A stretch of 64,000 bases of DNA from Lama guanicoe (lineage: Eukaryota), in contig MU056050.1 of assembly GCA_013239625.1 (NCBI GenBank), positions 3,582,084 to 3,646,083 on the forward strand, read 5' to 3'. Each line of letters starts with the position of its first letter. The stretch's first letter is position 1. The notes below the pieces were generated by a model. That model did no database searches. It was not told the DNA's origin and saw nothing but the letters and a program-made list of their open reading frames with translations. Both the position numbers and the translations under genes were made by a program. This document shows positions 38,986-53,094 of this stretch, piece by piece.

Positions 38986-39306
38986 CTCCCTGCCAAGGGT
39001 GGTTCTCTCTTAATCATAATCACATATATATCCATCTTTTTTCCCAGGTCAGTATTTGGTATCCTTGTTAAAATTAATTTTTTCTTATATAATCATATGA
39101 CAGAGCAATGGAGAACCATCCCTTGGCTGGGCTATTAAATAATTCTTCCTGTGGGGAGAAAATAAGGACACTCACTTATTCCAGGTAGATTAGCTTCTGT
39201 TTCTTCCTTTGGGAAACATGGCCCATTGCAGTTTCTGGAGCATTTTTTTTTTCAGTAAGGCTAAAACTTATGTCATGTTGACTATATCCCTTGCATATCT
39301 AGAATA

Positions 39307-39640
39307 CAGTCATCCCTCAATATCCAAATGCCAAGGATTGTTTCCAGGACCCCCATGGATTTGTAAAATCTCATATAAAATGGCGTAGTACTTGCATGTA
39401 ACCTACAAACATCCTCCTGTATACTTTAAATCATCTCTAGATAACTTATAATACCTAATACGATGTAAATGCTATATAAATAGTAAATACAATGTAAAGG
39501 CTATGTAAGTAGTTGCCAGGAGTATGGCAAATTTAAGTTTTGCTTTTTGGAACTTTCTGGAATTTTTTTTTTTTAATATTTCCAATCTGTGGTTGGTTGA
39601 ATCTGTGGATGCAGAACCCGGGGATACAGAAAGCCAACTG
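39307..39640. mobile_element. MER2B-like Tigger MITE with TA TSD
   Basis: ta|cagtcatccctc..tccaggacccc ... gatgcagaacccggggatacagaaagccaactg|ta. Confidence 0.85.
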
Positions 39641-40949
39641 TACTGCTTCCCTCGTACCTTTAGCACTCGATCAAGCTTTTTATGTAATTTGGAGGTTAAT
39701 ATTCCCAGTAAGTCTCTCCTTAGGAGTAAGTTAGAGGCTTAGGCAGCCCACTAAGGTACTAACCCCTTTTAGCAATTATGTAGTAAGTAGCCTAAAAACA
39801 TTAATGCACCTTCTTAACCACCTTGCTCACTTCCCAGAGAGAGACTTAGGCACAGGAGAGGATATGGTCAAATATATTTTATTTTATTCATTGATTTATA
39901 GTGCTTATTACCCTCTAGGCACACAATAAATACTACACAAAAATCTGGTTTGGATAAAGTCAGCTTTGATCAAGAAAAGTTTTGCTGATAAGGTTCAAAA
40001 AACTGCTTATACTTCTTTGTTAAGATCGGGCTCCTCTATTTTGAAACCTCTGCCTCACAATCATCAAGTAAGAGGTGACAGTTACAGAATGAGATAAAAG
40101 ATTTACTCTTCAGCAGCAGAAATGATTTTTTAAGGTCCAGTATAAGTCCCTGATTTGAATTAAAGGAATTTCTCTAATTTCTACCAGTGTACTTCACGTG
40201 ATGCCAAGAGGTTTCTTGTTAGGTTGGAAAGGTTGATCTGTATGTGAGTATTCCATGTCACTGAAAACTGTCACAAAGCAGGTAGCATGTAAAGTGGTTA
40301 CCTTCTAAAGTAAAAATAATTACTTTCATTCTACATCACTGTTCTGACATAGGCTCTTTTTCAAAATGCCCCTACTTGTCTTGTTTCGTTCTGTTTTTGT
40401 TTTTGTCAGTTACCTAATAGTATCTTGATGAGGCCAGTATGACCTAACTTTTCAATTCCTTATTTAATACATCTTTACAATCTTCTCTTATCCTTAAAGT
40501 TTCCATCTGACTATTGATATTTTTTCTCTTACATTCATGTGCTTAATTCAGTGATGACAGTTTGATTTCTTTTTATTAGTTGCCTATTAATGAGAATATC
40601 TGGACCAGTTTTGCACAGCATTCTTTGTTTTTATGGTTTTATGAAGTAATGTATTACTGGTCTGAAACTCTGTTTATCAATAAAGATTATTGTCTTTTTT
40701 CATACAATGAATGCACCAGTGTGGAACTTCTGTGCACTTTGATTTGTAGCTTAGGTGACTGACTTATCTGCAAGAAGTTTGAACTAAACAAATTCTTTCG
40801 AACATGAGTTTTTTAAAATAAGGCAGTGAGGATAGAATTCAGAAAAAAACTCCAATTCAAGACATTTTTTCTTCTTTTTTTCTTTCCTCTAAAGGAGAAA
40901 ATATCAGTCTGTCCTGTGTTTACCACCTTGAATGGGTTTAAATAAAGGA

Positions 40950-41215
40950 GGTAGCAACATGCAGTAGGGGGAAAAAACTACGACTTATAAAACTTGGTTT
41001 CTGTGCTACATTCTATGATTGTATTAGCTCTAGATAAACTTACATACTAATTACTTAATATCAAGACCTTAACTTGCACATCTATAAAATGGAAAACCTT
41101 TCATTAGACATTTCTATCTCATACATTCCTCTGAGGGTCAAATAAGATAAGAAAATGCATGTGAAAGATTTTTGAAAACCATGAAGAACCAGAAAGAGGG
41201 TAGGTATATTTATTA
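40950..41215 (+). mobile_element. Degenerate MIR
   Basis: catctataaaatggaaa..tgagggtcaaataagataa..catgtgaaag. Confidence 0.5.
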
Positions 41216-41715
41216 AGTGGTTTCTTGTGTAATTGTTTTTGTTTTTCCCTAATTTGAGGGAACTGCCAGTTTCCACATAATTTCATTTACCGATAAAAGA
41301 ATCACAGAATATTTTATTATAATTAAGGTTCATGAATCTCAATCCTACCTCTCAATAAGGTGGTAAATAAATTTAGTCAAATTAGCTTTAAAATTTCAAT
41401 TTTTTGGTCTTATACATGTATAACTGACTCACAGTGGATCACTGATATTTGCTTTCAATGTTCAAACCAATGTGCCACAGTTTATTTGCACGATGCCATC
41501 AACAGAAATCAATGTCAACAGAGATGATCCATGAGCAAGTTTCTACGAGACATCATAGTGACCAGCATTTTGATCAATTTCCTAAAAAAAAGGAAAAAAA
41601 TGAAAAACACCCAGTTTCATTCTATAGCTGACTCAGGGGGCTAGAAAGATGAAATTTTAAGTAGAAAGGAAACCTAGTTCAGAATGAAACCCTTGGCCTA
41701 CCATTTAGTCTAGAT

Positions 41716-41893
41716 CAGAGGTTTCCAAACATAACTGACAAACACCAAAATTGCCCAGAAAGGTTAAAAAATTAGGCAAATTCCCTTGTCTAATCCTTTT
41801 CCTGAGATTCTGAATTAGTGTGGAGTCTGAGAATTTGTGCTTTTAAAATCATCCCAGGAAATTCTGAGACTCAACCAGATTTGAGATGTATTA
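41716..41893. mobile_element. MER5B-like MITE
   Basis: cagaggtttccaaac..gagattctgaattag..gagaatttgtgcttttaaaa. Confidence 0.55.
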
Positions 41894-42053
41894 GTCTAAA
41901 TTATCCCAAGAGGCATAATGAAAGGGGTCTGTCCTCAAAACTGTGTTCTTCAGAGAAAATTGAGTTTTGCAGTCTATCTGCATCTTCCTTTATGGTTCTA
42001 TATTGTGAATATAAACAATATCTCATTGTCAGAGACTAAATCTTACCTCTAGG

Positions 42054-42219
42054 ACAGTGATCATCAGACTTTGTTGAAAATTCATATAACATAGTCCCCA
42101 CGCCTAGTGATTTTAATTCAGTTAGTTTGGTAAGGAAACTCAGGATTCTGCATTTTCAACAAGTACCATGGATGATTCTGATATACGCGATCTAGAGAAT
42201 CACAGTTTGAGAAACACTG
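42054..42219. mobile_element. MER5A-like MITE
   Basis: ctgcattttcaacaag..tgattctgat..cacagtttgagaaacactg. Confidence 0.65.
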
Positions 42220-43089
42220 GTTTAGGGAGTTTTCTATATCAACTTCAATATGTTGCCTTTACTATATAAGATAAAAGCTTCAAATTAGTATTTTTTTAGT
42301 GAATATGCATTCTCACAAATATATAATAACCTCTTTCAAATTCATTACACTTCATTCAAATCCTTCCTATTAAATATGGAATTAAATGGGCCTCTTCAGA
42401 CTTACATACCACAAAGTTGAAAAGTCCTGTTGAATTTTACTTTTGTATCCTTACCATTGACTAATTCAATCTAATTTCAGGAGCGTAGTAATGGATCAGT
42501 AAGGATTATATGTATGACCATTTGGCTCATTAGAACAAAGGAAAATGCTTGGGTTATCTCCTGCACATTTTATGATGAATTAAATATAGCTCCCAGATCA
42601 TCAGACTAACAGCTGAAACTGGATCAACAATTCTTATAACCTAGTCTTTCTTCTGCTTTGGAGTACTAATAACTAACATACAACACATTTTTCTATCAAC
42701 CTGGTCCACATCCTTCATGTGATTTTTGTTAATATTCTATTGTCAGGCTAAGGTTGTGGATACTGCTTGGGTTCAAAACACACAGAGTATAAAGAAGAAA
42801 ATGAAAATCACCTAAAATTCCATTATCTAGAAGGAAGAGTACAAATATTTGGTGAACTTCCTCACTCTATATATACATGAATATGCACCTGTATACAATA
42901 GAGCTAATGTAACACAGTATATAGAGTTTTAAGCATTAAATCACATGCACTTTTCCATGTCATTAAATATTTGTTTTAAACTTCATTTTCAGAGTTTCAT
43001 TTTAATGGCAATATAGAACCATGGAATAAATAAAAAACTGAACCTAAAAGTAGGTTAGGCATATTTATTTGTGTTCACTATTCAATTAT

Positions 43090-43200
43090 TTCTACCTCAT
43101 GAGGCTATTCTGAATATTAAATGAGTTAATACATATTTAGCATTTAGAACAGTGTCTGGCATATAACAAGTGCTCAATTAATGTTAACTATTATTATTCA
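43090..43200 (+). mobile_element. MIR 3' part
   Basis: attaaatgagttaatacat..ttagaacagtgtctggcatataacaagtgctcaa. Confidence 0.7.
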
Positions 43201-46200
43201 TAAGCATTTTTGGTCTCTATATTAGCAAAAGATACTAATACCTCAGATAAGCATATGATATTACATTTCTCTCTCCTGATTTCTCTCATTAAAGCAGCAA
43301 AATTGATTATTAATGAGTATAGAGAATTATGTTGTCATGTATATTAGTCTGGAAAATATAAATTCATCTCATAAAAAAGTCAAAAGATCAAAGAAGGTTT
43401 TTACTGTTAGTTGGAAACAAAGTGTCATTGGTGTCCTGATTTAAAGGGTACTCAATTATGATTAGCTAATAAAAAAGAAAAAAGAAAGGAAGAAAAATAA
43501 TTAAGGTTAAAGTGAAGTTATTATTAGCACTTATTTCACTAAAATTTTCCTCATAGCCCATGACACCAATAAAATTAAATATAGAAAAGTTTCATAATTC
43601 ACAATGACATTCTCAATGTCAGGACATTTTAAATTAAAAATGCATTACTGAAAATATACTTCAAAATTATTAGATGTAATATTTTTATAGCCAAAAGCAT
43701 TTAAATTTTAAGAATTGAACAACTGGAGGACTGTATACTATTTATGGATTTAGAAAGATTTAGTCACTTTCATAAGTTAAAATTCTTTCTCTCTTTAAGC
43801 CACCTGTTCTCTCTCTCTTTAGAAATGGTTTTGTTAAAAATAATCTCAAGACTCTGACTCTTCTCTATTCTAAGGAAACCACATCAAGAGCAAAGTAGGA
43901 TATTTTTCTTAATTATTGGTAAAGACTTTGGACAGGTTCATGGACAGACAGTTCACTAATTTGTTATAGTCTTTCCCATAACATCTGAAAAAATGGTCTG
44001 GAAAATCTCAGAATAGACACTGCCTAAAATAAAATCAAGGAACTGACCTAAGTTCAGTGAAGTGCTGACAATATCTGTTACCTGAAACTTTAGCTTAATG
44101 AGTTCCTTAATTAGGGAAGACATAATTTAAGGTGCTAAAAAGTCATGTGGCTGAGTATTTGAATTATTGTATGTTTACATCAATTTCACTAGAAGCTATA
44201 ATTATCAGTTAAGGGAAGTCTGAATTAAAAGTCTACTCCCACTTCTACTATGGCTAAAATATTTCTGAGGAAGTATTAATGACAGGCTTTCTATATGCTT
44301 TGGACACATTTATTCACAGACATAGTTATTCATTTTCATAAATGAGAATTCAAGTAAATGAACAACACTAGAAAGGATAAGAGTTAAAAAATGTACTATT
44401 GTTCAATAAACAACAAATATAGTCTCTGGTTACATATATTCTTTCTCAACATAGTATAGTTTTAAATGTATCTAATATACTTCTAAGTGTAACCTTTTAT
44501 TTAGCTCATTGTAAGTTACCATTAAAATGAAACTCTGAAAATGATGTTTAGAAAGAATCGTGAAGTACTTGGGAAATGCATAAGATATGTAATGTGTGAG
44601 AAAAAAAGAAAGTGGGATACAACTATATATAGAGTATCAGCTTTAAACTTTTCTGTTTTCCCAACTTGCTGTAATGGGCGTATGTTATTTTTACAGTCAG
44701 GCAAGATATTCATTTAATGGAACCCTAGTCAATAATCACAATTAGAACAATTATAACACCCATCTATTTTGTTTGTTTTATAACTCTATGAAAGTATAAT
44801 TTATTATTTCAGCTTTTCACATCATGGAACCAAACGTAGAAAATACATTCATTATCTACCCTTTTATATGTTGATGATGATAATCAAGGCAGAACTCCTC
44901 TATAAAAACACATTTTTAGTCTTTAGCATGGCAAGTTAAATAGAAGCAAGATTTTTTGCTAGGTACAGTTATTATCTGAAACCATCAACGATAATAGGTT
45001 GTTGGCTAAATAAGCAAGTGAAACTTAGTACCATAATCATTTTGTGGAGATACTCTGGAACTTTGATATTTTTATTACATATAAAACATTGATCCATGAC
45101 TGAAAAGGAGACAGAGTTTGCATACATCTTAAACATTCTGTTTCCCATTGACTAAATTGGACATTTCATTCTACTTTATAATTTTTAAAAATCCAGTTTA
45201 CCAGCTTTTTTCTTACATTATAATAAGTACTTAGCTATATTTTTCTTACATCATAATATTTAGATGATATAGGACTTATTTAATTTTTTAAATTTCTCCT
45301 TCTGGATGAAACCTGCTTATATTTTATTACCTTTCACTAGGGCCATGTCTAGCATTTTCCTCATATGTCAGATATCCCACAATCCATTTTCAAGACAACA
45401 CCCAGGCAACAATCAGTAGAATCAAATAAATCATTATGAAAATAACAGCAATTGTGCTTTGTAGCCCTTGATGTTTTCTGTTAATGAATTATGAAAGTAA
45501 AACCTATTAAATTATTAATCAGGGAAATAAGAAGTCAATAGTAATTCTTAAGAACAGCAAATAGGAATCAAGCCAATTTTAAGAATCTATCAATAAAAAG
45601 GACAGAATTTGCAGAAATACATTACAAATGGACAGGATTTAGAATGTTTGTAGTTTCTTTTAGATTTAAACATGCATTGTTTACCTTCTAAATTTAATCT
45701 TTATTTATACAAAATCACCAGAATTGTAAAATATGAAAAAGTGAAACTAGGATTCTGCATATATATAAATAATTTTCAGATTCTGATTTCAAGAAGGAGT
45801 TGGAGTGGGTATAACACTCTTGTGAAATTGTATTGACAATTTATTAATTTTGATAGGCTATGGCTTCAACAAACATGAAGTTAATGAGTCTCTACACTCA
45901 TTTGATCACTTACTGCAGTTCTCTTTTCATGACATTTATATGTTTCCTAGATATAAATTTTTTCTTATTTTTGTTATTAATATTTATTTGATATCTTGTA
46001 CTTAGCATTTTATATATTGTAATTTCAGCCTATGATATTTACTACTTTACTAAAATTACCCTGGCTTTCGAAAAAGTATCATGTGAAAGTCCGTACTTGC
46101 TACAATAACCATGACTTCACAGAGAAGTTAATGTTAAGGAGATGACAAATGCTCTCTTTAATAAAATTTTAAGAACTCTAGCTGAGGTCATATGTAGGTG

Positions 46201-46523
46201 TGATGAATAAATCAATGAAATCAATAAATCAATGAATAAATCAATAAATCAATTAGATACCTAACGTGTTCAGTTCTAATTTGGGACATGGGTGGGACAA
46301 GACAAGAGTCAGGATGGATGTTGAAGACTCAGAAAACTATCAGTGTCCTCAAGACATTTACAATAGAATTGGATAGAATGATTGATGAATGCAACAAGAT
46401 AGAACCAAATTAAGTGATAAGTTGTGAAGTACAGACAGAGATGGGTATATTCATGAAGCTAATGAAACTTAAACTTCAGAGACCCTTACTAGAATGGGTC
46501 CCTTGCAAGGTCCTAAGAGAGAC

Positions 46524-46894
46524 TGTATTAGTTCTCAGGGTTGCCATAAGAAAATACCACAGACTGGTGGGTGACCTAAGCAACAGAAATATATTTTCTT
46601 ACAATTCTGGAGGATAGGAGGTGTCATCCGGTTAGGTCTCATCTGAGGACTCTCTTCTTGGCTTATAGAAGGCTTGGCTTCTCCCTATGTCTTCACATAG
46701 TGTGTATCTGTGTCCTAATCTTTTCTTTTTATAAAGATATCAATCATATTGGATTAGGGTCCACCTATATAACCTCATTTTCACTTAATTACCTCTTTAA
46801 AGACCTTTTCTCCACATACAGTCACATTCTCAGTTATTGGGGGTTAGGACTTCAACATATGAATTTGAGAGCGGACAAAATTCAGCCCATAATA
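46524..46894 (-). mobile_element. MLT1B LTR
   Basis: tgtattagtt..catattggattagggtccac..ggttaggacttcaacatatgaattt..ttcagcccataata. Confidence 0.85.
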
Positions 46895-48420
46895 CTCTGC
46901 TATCTGGACCCTCAAAATTCATGTCTTTGCTACATGCATACCACATTCACCCCATCTCAACAGCCAGAAATGTCCTAACTGATTCCAACATGAACTCTGA
47001 GTCCAAAATCTCATCTAAATCAGATATGGATAAGATTCCAGGTTTGATTCATCCTGAGGCAAAATTCCTCTCCAGCTATGAACTTACGAAAACAGCAAGT
47101 TATCTGCTTCCAAAATACAGTAGTGAGGCAGGCACAGGGTAGACATTTCCATTACAAAAAGAAGAAATCGAAAACAAGAAAGGGATCACAGGTCGCAAGC
47201 CAAGTCCAAAACTTAGCAGGCAAATACCATTAGATTTTAAGGCTCAAGAATAATCCTCTTTGGTCTGATGCTCTACCCTTCTGGTCCACCTGTGTGGCAG
47301 CCCCACCCCCTCAGCTGTAGGAGGCGGCCCTGCTTCTTTGGCTCTGAGTGTCTGCCTGACCCCTCTGGCACTGAGGAGGAGGAGGAGGCTCTGTCTCCTG
47401 GGCTTGTGCTTCTTGGGCCCATGGTAACATGGCAGCCCTGCTAATCACTGAACTGCCTCAGGTCATTCTTTCCTTTACTTGAAGTGTAAAGCATATTCAG
47501 TGAAAGATAGCTCTATTGGTCCATCGTATAGAATCCCAGAAGTCTGGTAGCCTTCCTTTATTTCATCCCATCTCTGTTCCTTTCAGGACAAGCCAGAAGC
47601 ATTTTTACTGGTATAACTCCATCCCTATTACCAGTTTCTGCTGAGATGGTTGATTGGATCCTTAAACTATATGCTGTAATCTCTTTACCAAATGGTCATC
47701 TAGCTACACCCTTGATATTCTCTCTGCAACATGCTTTCTCATATTTTGTAATATGGGTAGATTGAGAATTTTCCATCTTCAAGTTCAGGTTCCTTTTTGC
47801 TTAACAATTCCTTCTTCAATTTCTCTCTCTTCTCTCCCATTTTATTGTAAGCAGCAAAGAGAAACCAAGCCAGTGCCTTCAACACTTTGCTTACAAATCT
47901 CCTCAGCTAAATATCCAAATTCACCACTTACAAGTTCTACTTTCAAGAAAACACTGGAACACAATTTGGCCAAATTTTTACCAATTAATAACAAGGATTA
48001 CCTTTCCTCCAGTTTCCAATAACATGCTCTTCATTTCTTAAACCTCAACAGAAGCACCTTTTTGTTGTTGTTGTTGTTGGGGGAGGTAATTTGATTGATT
48101 TATTTATTTTTTAAGTGGCAGTACTGGGGATTGAACCCAGAACCTCGTGCATGCTAAGCATGCATTCTACCACTGACCTTTACCCTTCCCCTGAAGCACT
48201 TTTAACATTCATTATTTCTACCAACATTCTGTTCATGATGATATATATACAGCTCTTAGATTATAGAAGTTTTATCCACAGCTCTCCGCTTTTCTTTCTG
48301 AGTCCTCACCAGAGTTGACTTTAATGTCCATATTTCTACCAACAGTCTCTTAAGGCAATCTAGGCTTTTTCTAACATGTACCTCAAAACTCTTACAGTCT
48401 CTGCACATTACCCACTTCAA
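46895..48420 (-). mobile_element. MaLR internal region (MLT1-int) attached to the LTR; second LTR missing
   Basis: caagttatctgcttccaaaatacag, ccaagtccaaaac, ctcagctaaatatccaaattca, attacccacttcaa typical of antisense MaLR-int. Confidence 0.75.
48061..48192 (-). mobile_element. tRNA-Ala-derived SINE (camelid vic-1-type)
   Basis: Minus strand ggggaagggtaaaggtcagtggtagaatgcatgcttagcatgcacgaggttctgggttcaatccccag (A/B boxes, AGC anticodon-like loop), A-rich/(CAA)n tail, TSD gaagcac(c/t)ttt at 48051 and 48193. Confidence 0.85.
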
Positions 48421-49659
48421 TTTCCACGTTTCACCTTTTTCTTTCCACCCCCTTTGCCCTGTATAGACTGGGGTTGGTGTAGCCACAGACACATTAGGTA
48501 TCTGGTTGAGGGGAAGTGAAATTGGAGATCATTTAGTTTGGCTTTAGTGAGATTTATCTATGTGGTTCACAGTCACTTTTCTGTATAGCATTACTAGCTG
48601 CCCCAGAGTAGGAGTGGCTTCTGGGAATACTCCTGTCACCTCTGCCTACAACACGAAGATGCAAAGCTAAAGCTGTGTTGTGATATGAACATGACCTATA
48701 ACTGTTGGCACTGGAAATACGAAAGGAATGAAGGATAAGCATGATTTGAAATGTATGAAGTCAGAAACCTGTATATGCAAAAATCTTCCAAACATTAAAT
48801 GTATAAAATTATAAACTCAAGGATTTGTTTCTCACCAGAGCCTAGTCAAATGTTCTCTCTCACCAGGAATATTCTTGATAATGTGATTACAAAAAGACCG
48901 TATGTTATTTTTCATTTTTGATGGAGATTATATGAAATACAATTTATCAACATTTCTTTTTGTAGCAGCAGTACTATAAGCAGAGAATACATCTGTATGA
49001 AGTTACATGCTTTATGCATCTTTATTAACAGTAATAGAAAAGGCACCCGTTTTGAGCATGTGAAAGAAAGACTAAGTTATCTTTCTATTGTCTCTATAGA
49101 CAATAAAATTTACAAAATAATTGTCATATGAAGATCAAGAATATGCATCCAAGAAATGAATGGTTGTATCAGGCAGCTGAGTAATAAAAATGTGTTATTT
49201 TTCTTGACTTTTGTGATATTTGTGGTATATGTCAGTTTTTTGAAATGTGTAATTTGTTGTGACTTATTTCCTAATTCTAAACAAATTTTCACATTTGAAC
49301 CTAATTATATATTATTTTCGTTAAAAAGGGTTCCCCAAATTGCATAAAGTTCAGTTGCCACAAACTTTTGATCTGTGCCTGGATATAGGCTATTCATGCT
49401 GAAGGAAATTACAGGAAGGAGATTTCAATAAAAATTGGAATAATCAGAAAAAAAATCACCAATCATTTTTATGGAAAGAAATCAGTTTTATTCTTCAAAC
49501 ACTTGGGTCCTCTATGTAGAGAAATTTTGTTTCTGTGTGTTTTGTTTTTCCCTCCAACAATACGGAGTTTCTTAAAACAGGACAGGAAGTCAGTACTCTA
49601 TTCAGAGTTATTAAGAATTATTAAAGCCTTTCTGAGACCAACAATATTTTGGCAAATGA

Positions 49660-50140
49660 TTTTGGCTGCCTTGTGGCAGGCATTTTCCATTTATTTGCCA
49701 ACACAGACCCTTAATTTCCAGGGAATGACCCATGATTGTTCTAAGTTACTTTTTGCTTTGCTAGTAATTGGCCTAGGTGTAGGCATGTTACCTAATTCTA
49801 GCAAATAAAAGTAAAAATCTGATAGGGATTTTGGGGAGAGATTTTTATCTCTAAAAAAAGGGCAAGAGCTGAGTAGGGAAAAATTCCTTTTTGTCTCCCA
49901 CTCTTTTTTGGATATTGGTAATAGGATGTGGTATTTGGAGCTGTGGCAACAGTCTTTTGACCACAATAGAATGACCAAGTTAATTAAAGTGATACTAACC
50001 CAACAGTACTACTGTGACATCACTGAACTCTAAAAGCAGCTCTAGGACAGTCTGATTCTAGAGTTCTAGTTATGAAATATAATCAAATACTATCTAAAAC
50101 ACTGTTAGATATTTTTTATTAGCTAGAGCTATGACTGATA
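49660..50140 (+). mobile_element. Old MaLR LTR (MLT1J/K-like)
   Basis: ggcatgttacctaattctagc..ggatgtggtatttggagctgtggcaacagtcttttgacca. Confidence 0.55.
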
Positions 50141-50324
50141 AAATGTGGAATGAAGAAGGGAGAAAGCTTTGAGTTAGGTGTCATAATAGCAAAGACCATC
50201 CCTCAAAACACAATTGCAATGTGTCTGAAATACTTAATTTAATATTTTGAAATGTTTTATTAATTTTCATGTGGCATGACAAACTAAAATGGAAATTTAT
50301 TAAATGAAAAACTTTAAATAAAAG

Positions 50325-51332
50325 TTTTATTGAGATATAATTTACATACCATAAAAATTACCATTTTACAGTGTACAACCCAGTGGCTTTTAATATATTT
50401 ACAAAGTTGTGCATTGGCCCTCATTATCTAATTCCAGAATATTTTCATCATTCCAAAGAGGAATTCCGTATCTATTAGTAGTCACTTCCCATTCCCCCAT
50501 CCCTCAGACCCTGGAAAACACTAATCTACTTTCTGCTGCTATGGATTGGCCTATTCTGGACATTTCATATAAATGGAATCACACAATACATGGCCTTCTC
50601 TGTCTGGCTTTTTTCACTTAGTATAATGTCCTCAATGTTCATCCATGTTGTAGCATGAGTTAATACTTCATTTCATTGTATAGATACACCACATTGTGTT
50701 TATCCACTTATCTGTTGATGGATATTTGGGTTATTTCAATCTTTTGGCTATTGCGAGTGTTGCTATGGACATTTGTTTACGAGTTTTTGTTTGAACATCT
50801 GTTTTCAATTATTTTGAGTATGCCTCTAGGAGTGGAATTTCTGGGTCATATAGTAATTTTTCTTTGTTTATTTTATTGGGGAATTGCACCATTTTACAGT
50901 ACTACTAGGAGTACATGAGGATTTCAATTCCTCCACATCCTCACCAACACTTGTTTTTGTCTGTCTTTTTGATTACAGTCATCCTAGTAGGTGTGAAGTT
51001 GTATCTCATTGTAGTTTTGATTTATATTTCCCACATTATTTCATGTGCTTATTGGTCATTTACATATATCTTCTTTGGAGAAATGTCTAGTCAGATCTTT
51101 TGCCCATTTTTAATTGGCAATTGTCTTTCTGTTCTTGAGTTGTTAAATTTTTATATATTTTGGATTCTGGACTCTCATGAAATATATGATTTGCAAATAT
51201 TTTGTCCCATTCTGTGGGTTGTCTTTTCTTTCTTTCTTTTTTTTTTTTTTTTGATGGTGTTTTTGGGAGCACGAACAATTTATCTAGTTTTTCTTTGGTT
51301 GTGCTTTTGATGTCACATCTAAGGAGCCATTG
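50325..51332 (-). mobile_element. L1MB-like 3' end (ORF2 C-terminal part and 3'UTR)
   Basis: ttttattgagatataatttacatacc..ctggacatttcatataaatggaatc; minus ORF contains KRQPTEWDKIFANHI. Confidence 0.9.
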
Positions 51333-51454
51333 GAAATATTGGAAGCTGAGATGTGGAGGCAAATTTCCACAGTAGAGAAGATGGGAGCTTGAGGCATTTT
51401 GTTTGGATACACTGAGCTATATTTAGGTACATGTTCACTGTACAATATTAAATA

Positions 51455-51608
51455 CTGACCACTTATATCAGAATCACCTAAAAAAAAATAGAGATCAATG
51501 GCTCCCTCTGACATATGAAAACAAATCCCTGGGCTTAAGGCCTAGGAATATGAATTCCAAAAAGCTCTTAAACAGATTCTGCTGTATATGGAAATTTGAG
51601 AACCACTG
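51455..51608. mobile_element. MER5-like MITE
   Basis: atcagaatcacct..ggcctaggaat..tttgagaaccactg. Confidence 0.55.
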
Positions 51609-52306
51609 AACTATGCCATGTGTTTTCCAGTAAGCATGAAATGCATATTTCTTTATTTCTTGATAAATGTCAGCATCATTGTCAACTTCTACTAGATTTA
51701 ATGCAACATTATAAAATGTGCTCTTACTTTGTACCAGGCACTGTGCTAGGCACTAAAGATATCCTACAGAGAAAATTTTGTGACAGTATTTAAATGTGAT
51801 AATTATTGTGGTACATTCGACCATCCATAGTTATACCACACAGGCACATGCATCAGGCACAAAATTGTCATTTCAAAGCTAATTGTGTTGATTTATGATT
51901 CCACAGAATCTCATTATAGGAGGTTAGGTGTCAGTTTCCATTTGGTCATAACAATCATTTAATAATCAGAATAACATTTTTAAATGTTAGATAATTTTAG
52001 GTTGACATAAGAATAGGAGCACTACAATGAGTTGCAATGAGTTGTGAGCTCTCCATGAGGAGTTCATGTCTTAAACCCAATTTATCTTATTTGAGAGAGA
52101 AATCTACATACACTTGTATATATTTTCAGCCTCTGAGCATGCTGTGGCTCGCAATATGATTAAGATCTTGTGGCAACAGAAATGAAGACATATGAGATGT
52201 ATATTAACCTAGACTTTATTGTAATGTGATTAAAATATTAGAAGAAAATGAGAGTAGGTGATGAAATACTCTATGGGCAGATGAATCTAAACTCACAGTC
52301 ATTGAG

Positions 52307-52801
52307 TGTGGTGATCAGCCTTCAACATGACCCCCAGTGATACTCATCCTTGGGTAGTCCCCTATCATGTGGTACCAGAACTGGCCTGTGTGACCAGTGA
52401 AATATGGCATAAATGATGGCTGCAAGTGGCTTTGGCTTCCATCTTGGACATGCTCTGTCTCACTTGCTCTCTTTCTCTCTTTCTTGGATCACTTAGTCTT
52501 GGGAAAGCCATGCCAGAGCAGGCTAAGGGAGGGACCCAGTGTGCTGATGAACTGAAGCCTCTTGTTAAGAGCTACAGAAGTGAGTTTGGAAGTGGATCTT
52601 TCAGCCTCCTGTCAGATAGTCTTCAGATATTACAGCCCTAGCTAAAAGTTTGACTACAACTTTATGCAAGAACTGAGCCAAAACCACCTAACTAACCTGC
52701 TCCTGGATCCCTGACTAACAGAAATCATGAAATAATAAATATTTGTTGTTTTAAAGCTAAAGTTTCATGGTAACTTGTCATACAGTGGTAGATAACTAGC
52801 A
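52307..52801 (+). mobile_element. MaLR solo LTR (MLT1F-like)
   Basis: tgtggtgatcagcc..tgacccccagtgat..gagtttggaagtggatc..aataaatatttgttgttttaa..tagataacta. Confidence 0.75.
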
Positions 52802-53094
52802 TGCAGATCAAAGAAATATTATTGGATGAAAATGAACAGATTTTTATAAAATAATTCCTTGAGGAAAAGTGTAACCTTAAAATTCCTACAGTTATCTCAG
52901 TCCTAGAAGGTTATAATTTTCCCCAGCAACATAGTTAAAACCTATATAAGACAAAATTCCTTATAAGTCAATATTTCTTAAAAAGTGCATTACAATTTCA
53001 TTCATAAGGAAACATTATGAATTGCTCAATAATATAAAATGGAATTTATATGGAGTAAATTCTCCCTTGGCCATACAATGTCTACAATCTTAAA

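Larger units (their letters stand above)
46436..49381 (+). mobile_element. Arthur1-like hAT-Tip100 transposon split into 46436-46523 and ~48421-49381
   Basis: Left end catgaagctaatgaaacttaaacttcagagaccc; internal gaggggaagt..atttagtttgg..atgtggttcacagtcac; right end ccccaaattgcataaagttcag..gatctgtgcctg. Confidence 0.7.

Noticed and set aside
48121..48192. Functional tRNA-Ala gene
   Set aside because: Stems are degenerate, and the A-rich tail and TSD mark it as a SINE.
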